Of a stretch of DNA of 64,000 nt, positions 43,067-64,000 are shown in pieces. The stretch is from Amoebidium appalachense (taxonomy: Eukaryota > Protista > Ichthyosporea). The DNA lies in NCBI GenBank assembly GCA_963693365.1, contig CAVNZM010000001.1, positions 19,786,125 to 19,850,124 on the forward strand, read 5' to 3'. A program made the translations under genes and the position numbers. Numbering within the stretch: position 1 is the first letter of the stretch; the number at the start of each line of letters is the position of its first letter. The notes beneath the pieces were generated by a model. The model saw nothing but the letters and a program-made list of their open reading frames with translations. It was not told where the DNA came from and made no database searches.

Positions 43067-43851
43067 AAACCACCCCCCCCCCCCCCCCCCCCCCCCCCCA
43101 AAGAAAGAATGAAGAAAAAAATATACGCACATGCGTGCAATATTACCAAACTCGGCCACCACCACAACCAAACCCAACCCGATACGAAACCTAAAAAACA
43201 AAACATGAAATAAAGCAAACACATGTTTTTCATTAAGAAAGGACATAAGGAGCGAGATAGAGGGAAACACCACCCAGATAAGCACAAAATGCCTGTACAG
43301 CTGCAAATATTATTGTACACCACCCTTGCGACCACATACTTTCCTATATATGCCAAGAAAACCAACATCATTCGATCATCGCACCAGCAGCTCTCTGCTA
43401 TTCATTCGTTAGTCCCCTCCCCCCTCGCTCCCCTCCCCTTTCCGACCCCCAGCTCCTCCTCCCTCCCCGGCCAGACCCATCCCCTCCATTTTCTGGTTGC
43501 ACTGAAAAACCAACCCCCTCAACCCCCGTGCGCAGAAGCCACTATGTACTTGTAGGCATAGAAATGCAAGAGTAGAAGTAGTCTTAGAGCAATCCCCTTG
43601 TGTCTGCGCGCGTGCACGTGCGCGTGCGCGTGTGTGCACGCCCGTTCAACACTGTGTGTGTGAGTTCGTGTGCACATGTATGTGTCCGCGTAAGTGGGTG
43701 AGCGCAATTGTGTGTGTGTGCGCCACACATGTGTGCATTTCACCCAAAAAACCCAATGCCAGTCAACAATTCATCCAAGCAAACCAATCATCAACCTTCA
43801 TAAAGTTCATAGAGTTCCAAGTACAGATTGAGATTTAGTGTTGATTGATAC

Positions 43852-50503
<6,652 letters not shown>

Positions 50504-50995
50504 CTGTTTTGGAAGGTGGGAAAGGGTTCAGAGGTGAGAAAATTGGGGAAACATTTGGTGGCATTGGTTGATTCATAATGACGTCATTGTGCCATTGAAA
50601 GGGCCAATTTCCAGGCCATTTGTACCGATATCTGTTCTGTAACGAGAACATAACATCTTAGGAGTTGATTGGAGATAGAGGCAAACCATACATGATACCC
50701 AACTCCACTAATAATGAAATGTCGATTGGCATGGGGTTACTCCTCTCAATTGACCGATGTTCAGTGTCAGTAGGTCGGTGTGTCATGTACATAGGGGCCC
50801 ATGTCTCTACCGGGAGCAGTGCAAATATGTCCAAATATGAATATCCATGTGGTGTTTTTAATCGAACACACCAGCAGCAGCACGACCACAAATGAACACA
50901 CCTTCAAATGATGCGTAGGCGAAAGGGAGGAGGGGGGGGGAAGAGGGGGGGGGGGGGGGGGAGGGAGAGAGAGAGAGCAAAAAAAAGGAGTAGGA

Positions 50996-51029
<34 letters not shown>

Positions 51030-51942
51030 GATACTCTTTTCTTTCACGGAGACCACTGACTGTGTAATGGTTGTCTGCCTCAAATCCCGGCTCCATCATG
51101 CCTCCTGCCAACCGTGCGCGCCACAGATCAGAAAACACAACGCTGCTGCACAGGATAAATACGTAGTCCTGTTCAAGATATCTACTGTGTACACGTGGCC
51201 GGGAGGTGCAAAAGTGAACAGTTATGCCAGGGTTCTGTAGAGGAAAGTGCGTGCAGTTGAGCGATCTCTGCTCCAGTTACATCAAAATATCCCCGGTGCG
51301 ATGGGGGGAGTTATAAATGGAAAAGAGCTAGGGTTTTCATAAGCGAATGTGCTCTTGGGCTTCTCGTGTTTCATTTTTATCCTTTTTCGATTTTTACTTT
51401 TTTTTGGTATGCATATAGGAGGAGAGTCGATACGAGAAAGCAGCCAGGGTTTCTGGAGCGGGAGGCATGCGGTGTCCTAGGGGTTCTTGTTTATTGTCAT
51501 CTCCCCCCCCCCCCTCCCCCCCTCCCCCCCCCCCCACCCCCCCCCCCCTCTAACACTCTCTCCTCTTCTCCTTCTCCCCCTTACTTCCCATCTACCTCAC
51601 ATTCTTCTTCCCCCCCCCCCCCCCCCCTTCCCTTACCCCTCCCTTCCCCCTCCACGTCTCCCTCTCCCTTCCTTCCTCCCCAGCCGTCCCCCTACCTCTC
51701 CCCCTCTCCCCCTTCTAAACCCCTCTCCTCTCTCTCTCCCCCACTCCCCCCCCTTCCTTTCTCCCCCCACCCACCCTCCCTCCCTCTCTCTCACACTCAC
51801 TGGAATCAAGCTGGGGGCTTTAAAGAGAGTAGTGAACAAGTGCCTTCATTCCCTTGGTTTCGTTCTCAGTCTTGTTTTCACTGTGGGGAGCCGGGGGGGA
51901 GGGGGGGGGGGGGGGGGGGGGGAGGCGAAGCAAAGGACGCAC

Positions 51943-59473
<7,531 letters not shown>

Positions 59474-59712
59474 CTTCGCTTTTCTTATTCACGCTTCCTA
59501 TGAAAACCTTGAAAACCTTGCGCGAGCATCACTCGTACGTGTACCGGCCATCAGATACTCTTACTTGTGCCATGCAGCTGCAGTGGCGCTCGGAGGGAGG
59601 CGGGGTGATTACGTAATCGTTTGGCTGGCTCACACAGTGGTGCATGTGCGTGGACAGGGCTTGGGCTTCATTTCAGGCAAACCGTTGGCAATGATCAGTA
59701 CCATATTCCTAC

Positions 59713-59743
<31 letters not shown>

Positions 59744-59822
59744 CATTCCTACTTCTTTCCTGATTTTATAATATACCTATCCGCGAACAGATATTTTCAT
59801 CAGTACATAAGCGTATGCCAGA

Positions 59823-59990
59823 GTCGACGGTCCCGGGCCGGTCTGGCCGCCCCCTAGATGCCATCACCCCAGACCACGTCAAGCAGCACAACCAATTTGT
59901 TATTACCCGGCCGCAAGACATGACGTCATGAACAGCACCGGCCCTCTGACGTCGACGGCGCGTCGCTTGGGCATCCCGGCCCAACGTTCA
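59823..59990 (+). repeat. Fragment of the 664-bp tRNA-headed element
   Basis: gtcgacggtc..ccggtctggccgcccctaga..ccccagaccacgtcaa..gacatgacgtcatgaacagcaccggccctctgacgtcgacggcgcg..ggcccaacgttcaa is closely similar to the reverse complement of ~38458-38622. Confidence 0.9.
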
Positions 59991-60034
59991 ATGCGAGCAC
60001 GCGTTTGTCACTGTGTACAGTACTAGCTAGTGTC

Positions 60035-60069
<35 letters not shown>

Positions 60070-61581
60070 ACGTGTGTGTGTGTGTGTGTTCGTGTGCGTG
60101 TGTGTGTGTACGTATTTTTCTGTCTGATGGGGCCCAGGCCGTACACGTGCACGTGCGTGCGTGTGCATGTTGTGTATGTGTGTGTGCTCGCGTGCGCGTG
60201 CCGCTGAGGGCGCCAGTTGCCCGGGGGGGGCCCCGGGGGGGGTCCGACGGTCGTGTAACGTTCATGATCATACACGTGTCACAGTGTCTATGCATATGGT
60301 ACAGTGAGTGCTGTGACTGTGATGTCACACTCAGCTATCTTAGCCTCAGTGATTTTACGCAGCATGTATATATTCTTCTTTTAGTACTTGCAAAAATAAT
60401 ATATGCACACAGATACGTACACACACACACACAGTGAGTCATCATATGCACGTGAAACTTGACATAGTAAATATGAGAGTTTCCGGACTGTCGAATTTCG
60501 AGCCCTTTTAACGGCTTTTGTTTTGAATGATCTTAATCCAATCAATTGAGCAATACGTCAGATCTAAAATGTGCACTGCGCCATACTGTGGTAGGTGGTC
60601 CGGATGGCTTCGGTGCATGTTGAAAGACGGTAGTCCCTATGAGAAACCCCAGGGGTAACTTCCGGGGACAAACAAGCTAAAACAAACAATAAAACACATA
60701 TATAATTACACGCTCTGGAGATGCTATGTGCATACAGGCCGTGGGGTTCGATTTCCATCTGTGTTCCATGGATCCACATGGAATTCGAAAACTGTACGTA
60801 TTATTAGTGTCACTGGTACTGCGGTGGTACTGATGGCCTATTGGGGTTTTCCAGTGGTTATTGTTAGTTGCAACTGGCCATCATTAATCACATAAGGAGA
60901 TGTGTTTGGGTAGAGTATGTAATCGTGACATAGTACATGGCCTGGGCATGGGGATTTGTACGTGCACGTGCCGGTTCATGTTATCACCGGTACCTATAGT
61001 ATACGTACATGTGCTCATGCCCGGCTATTAGTAGCTACATCATATCACCCATATTAGTACTTGAATCACGTCGGGCCCACGTGGCCATTGGATTTGGGCG
61101 GCTTTCGTTATCACAAGGCTAAATCGTGGCGCGGCGATAAATTGTTGGCTCCAGCTTAGCCATGGGTGGCTTTCTTTGAGCTAAAGCTACCAATTGAAGC
61201 CCAGCGGTTGGCATGGTCTAAACCGGGTGGTTAGGGCTCCAAAAGCACCTCACTGAGTCACTCCCAGCTTGTAGCTGTTGCTGTAGCAGTTGCAGCTGAG
61301 ACGCTGAGTCCACCTGACTGTCCAGCTAGCAGGAACATGCATTGTTTTCAGTTGATCGTGAATGCAATTGTTAAGTTTCCCAGTCTGAGATGTACACTTC
61401 TGAACCCACCTAGCAGAACTGCTGTATATTTGCTGAGCACACGGGCCTTGTAACGTCTTCATGCTATATGGTAGTGCACAGCTAGCGCTAACATCCGGGA
61501 TTACTCATTGTAAACATATGTGCTATAGATTACCGCAGTTCACGACATAAAGCTTTGCGGTCTCTTTTTGTACATGTTGTG

Positions 61582-61618
<37 letters not shown>

Positions 61619-62316
61619 CAGCCCCTGCAAGGCCCCGGGCTTAGGCACTCTTCACCGTTTGGCCAGTGGAGGTGAGTGCTCAAAGTGTGGTTACACATAA
61701 AATTCTAACGGAGTCAGGCTGCAGGCCTAGGCTAAGTAGTATGTCACATGTACACACTGCACAGCTAGGAATTCATATCGATGCATCAAAATAATGCAAA
61801 ACTATGGCAACCGAGTAAAAAAGTTAGAGCCAAGTATTATGAAGCCTTTCCTAGGAAGTAAGGCAAAAATATAATTTACGTGGCAAAAAATAAAACGGCA
61901 TATGACAGACTGTGTGTCACGCCAGCTTCACTTTGTAATCATGATCAAATTTATGATTTCCGACTCACGACAGGGAGAATTGAACAGAACATAACCACTC
62001 GCGGTATGATCTTGCAATGGCCACACATAAGAGAACCTTTTCTAGGGAACCGGAATACAACTTTTTAACCCGACATCAGATTGCACGCCCCATATTAATC
62101 GTCCTAAAAACCAACGATTCACAAACACCAATGGCCAAATACCAGAGAGGAGGGTCATGGGTGTATGTGTAATCATTGATACGACTGCACATCCGAACTC
62201 ACACACACGCCACCAGCTTAGGACGGCACATGCAAGGTTACAGGTACACGTTTTCACACGCACCCACGAAGTCACGCAGCTCATAGTGACGTACAAACAC
62301 ACACACACACACACCG

Positions 62317-62391
<75 letters not shown>

Positions 62392-62516
62392 ACACAAACA
62401 TACAAACACACACACAAACACAAGAAAAAAAACACACACACCAGCAAACGCACACACACATAGGCGCGTGTGCGCGCCCCCGTGGCGGTGCACACACACA
62501 CGCATAACCCCTCGGA

Positions 62517-62550
<34 letters not shown>

Positions 62551-62554
62551 ACCC

Positions 62555-62590
<36 letters not shown>

Positions 62591-63145
62591 GTATTACGCA
62601 TGGCACATCCATCGAACCAGCACACTCCACGCCTGCACACACACAGTGTCACGCTGAGCCCTAGACTAATGTGCATACCTGCATGAGCTCTCTGCTTATG
62701 TGTGAAACATCTTCTATTAGAGACTTACAAACAGGCTGTGTGGCACGAGCAGATCAACACCGTACGCGTGACACAACACATACACAAAGCCAACAAGATA
62801 CGGACACAACGTCCGGCAATCACTCACCAAATCTGACATGCTCCACACTTAGACACCATAAGTTGCACACTGCACGCCCACATGTGTGGAGCTCGCTTGT
62901 AGCCCCACAGAAACCACCCATGCTCACTTCCAACAGTGTTCATCCCCCAGCAGTTCTGACTGACTTCATCCCCCCATCAGGTTTCGATTTCACACCCGGG
63001 CGTCACTGGGCCCTGTTATCTTTACGCTCCGCGAGCAGAAAGTTTTCACACCTTTTCCTAAGGCTACTCCAGCCTAAATTTGCCCGCTTCAGCCTATAAT
63101 AACTCTACAGCAGCCTAAATTTCAAAAAGTTCCATATCTTCGAAA

Positions 63146-63503
63146 ATGCAGCAAAGCAAATCGAAAAAGACGCTTCCCGTTCTAACCATCCCGGCCAACA
63201 CATCCAATGCCCATAGCAGCCACGAGCCAGTCACATTCCTCACACCCCCTAACCCAATCCCTCCGAGCCCAACATCTCCAAATAAGGAAATTTCCAGCAC
63301 TTTCGACACCCCGGCCCCTCCCTCTCCCACCCAGAAAACGTCATCGGCAACATTCGTGACCGAAATGAGTGGGACGCTGAAAAAGCTCCAAAAGGCGCGG
63401 GAAAAAGCGACCAATTGGCTTAGTGTGCCGTGGACCAATCAGATGCTGCACAGGCTCGAAAATGGACCTTTCTCGATTGTTCTGGACAAGTCCGAGATGA
63501 AAG
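63146..63503 (+). CDS. Probable first exon of an unidentified gene continuing beyond the window
   Basis: Complex, non-repetitive ORF (Ser/Thr/Pro-rich, then LKKLQKAREKATNWLSVPW) with ATG in AAAATG context and a candidate donor AAAG|gtattt, followed by intron-like repeats. Confidence 0.5.
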
Positions 63504-63910
63504 GTATTTGGCAGTTTGCCTGATGAATCGTAAAGATGGGCAAGTGACGTGCATTTTTTGGTGGGCAAACAGGATGACTGATTTGTTTCATGGGAGATGA
63601 TGGAATTAGGGGGATGATCTAAGGGGTTCGATGACCCCAATTGGTTGGCGGTTGCTATGGGTCTTGGGTGTGTTTGCTGGGATATTTGGCACCGAAATTG
63701 CCCTTTCGTAATTAAAACATTCCAACGTGCATCTTGCCATATATTTTGTCTTCCTCCCCACCTCCCCGCTCTGCCCCCCCCCCCCCCCCCCCCCCTTCCT
63801 CCTCCCCTCCTCGCCCTCCCCCCTCCCCCCCCCCCCCACACCACCACCACCCGCCCACACCCACCTACCCACCCATCCACTCCCACTCCCCCCCCCCCCC
63901 CTGGGCCCTC

Positions 63911-64000
<90 letters not shown>

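Overview
Eukaryotic, intron-rich genomic DNA saturated with (CA/GT)n microsatellites and poly-G/poly-C tracts. The gene content suggests a unicellular opisthokont or similar protist, but the organism cannot be identified from this window. Almost all ORFs in the supplied track are microsatellite artefacts. Splicing exons by hand (GT-AG, phases checked) gives 8 complete genes: UIM-PUB-thioredoxin fusion (-), Cdc34/UBE2R E2 (+), RPAIN (-), O-methyltransferase (+), PF11316-like glycosyltransferase (+), MHS-type MFS transporter (+), secreted His-brace LPMO-like protein (-) and F-box/LRR (+). There is also a long ANP32-LRR/acidic/WD40/BC-box gene or gene pair (-) and a probable first exon at the right edge. 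Non-coding highlights: (i) a 70-nt inverted copy of a Cdc34 exon in the preceding intron, which would fold over the 3' splice site; (ii) a dispersed, structured ~250-bp repeat family with a conserved stem, TTGAT...TTCAA boundaries and poly-C 3' flanks; (iii) a tRNA-Asp-headed 664-bp element duplicated head-to-tail in the LPMO intron; (iv) a bias for GT repeats after donors and CA repeats before acceptors.
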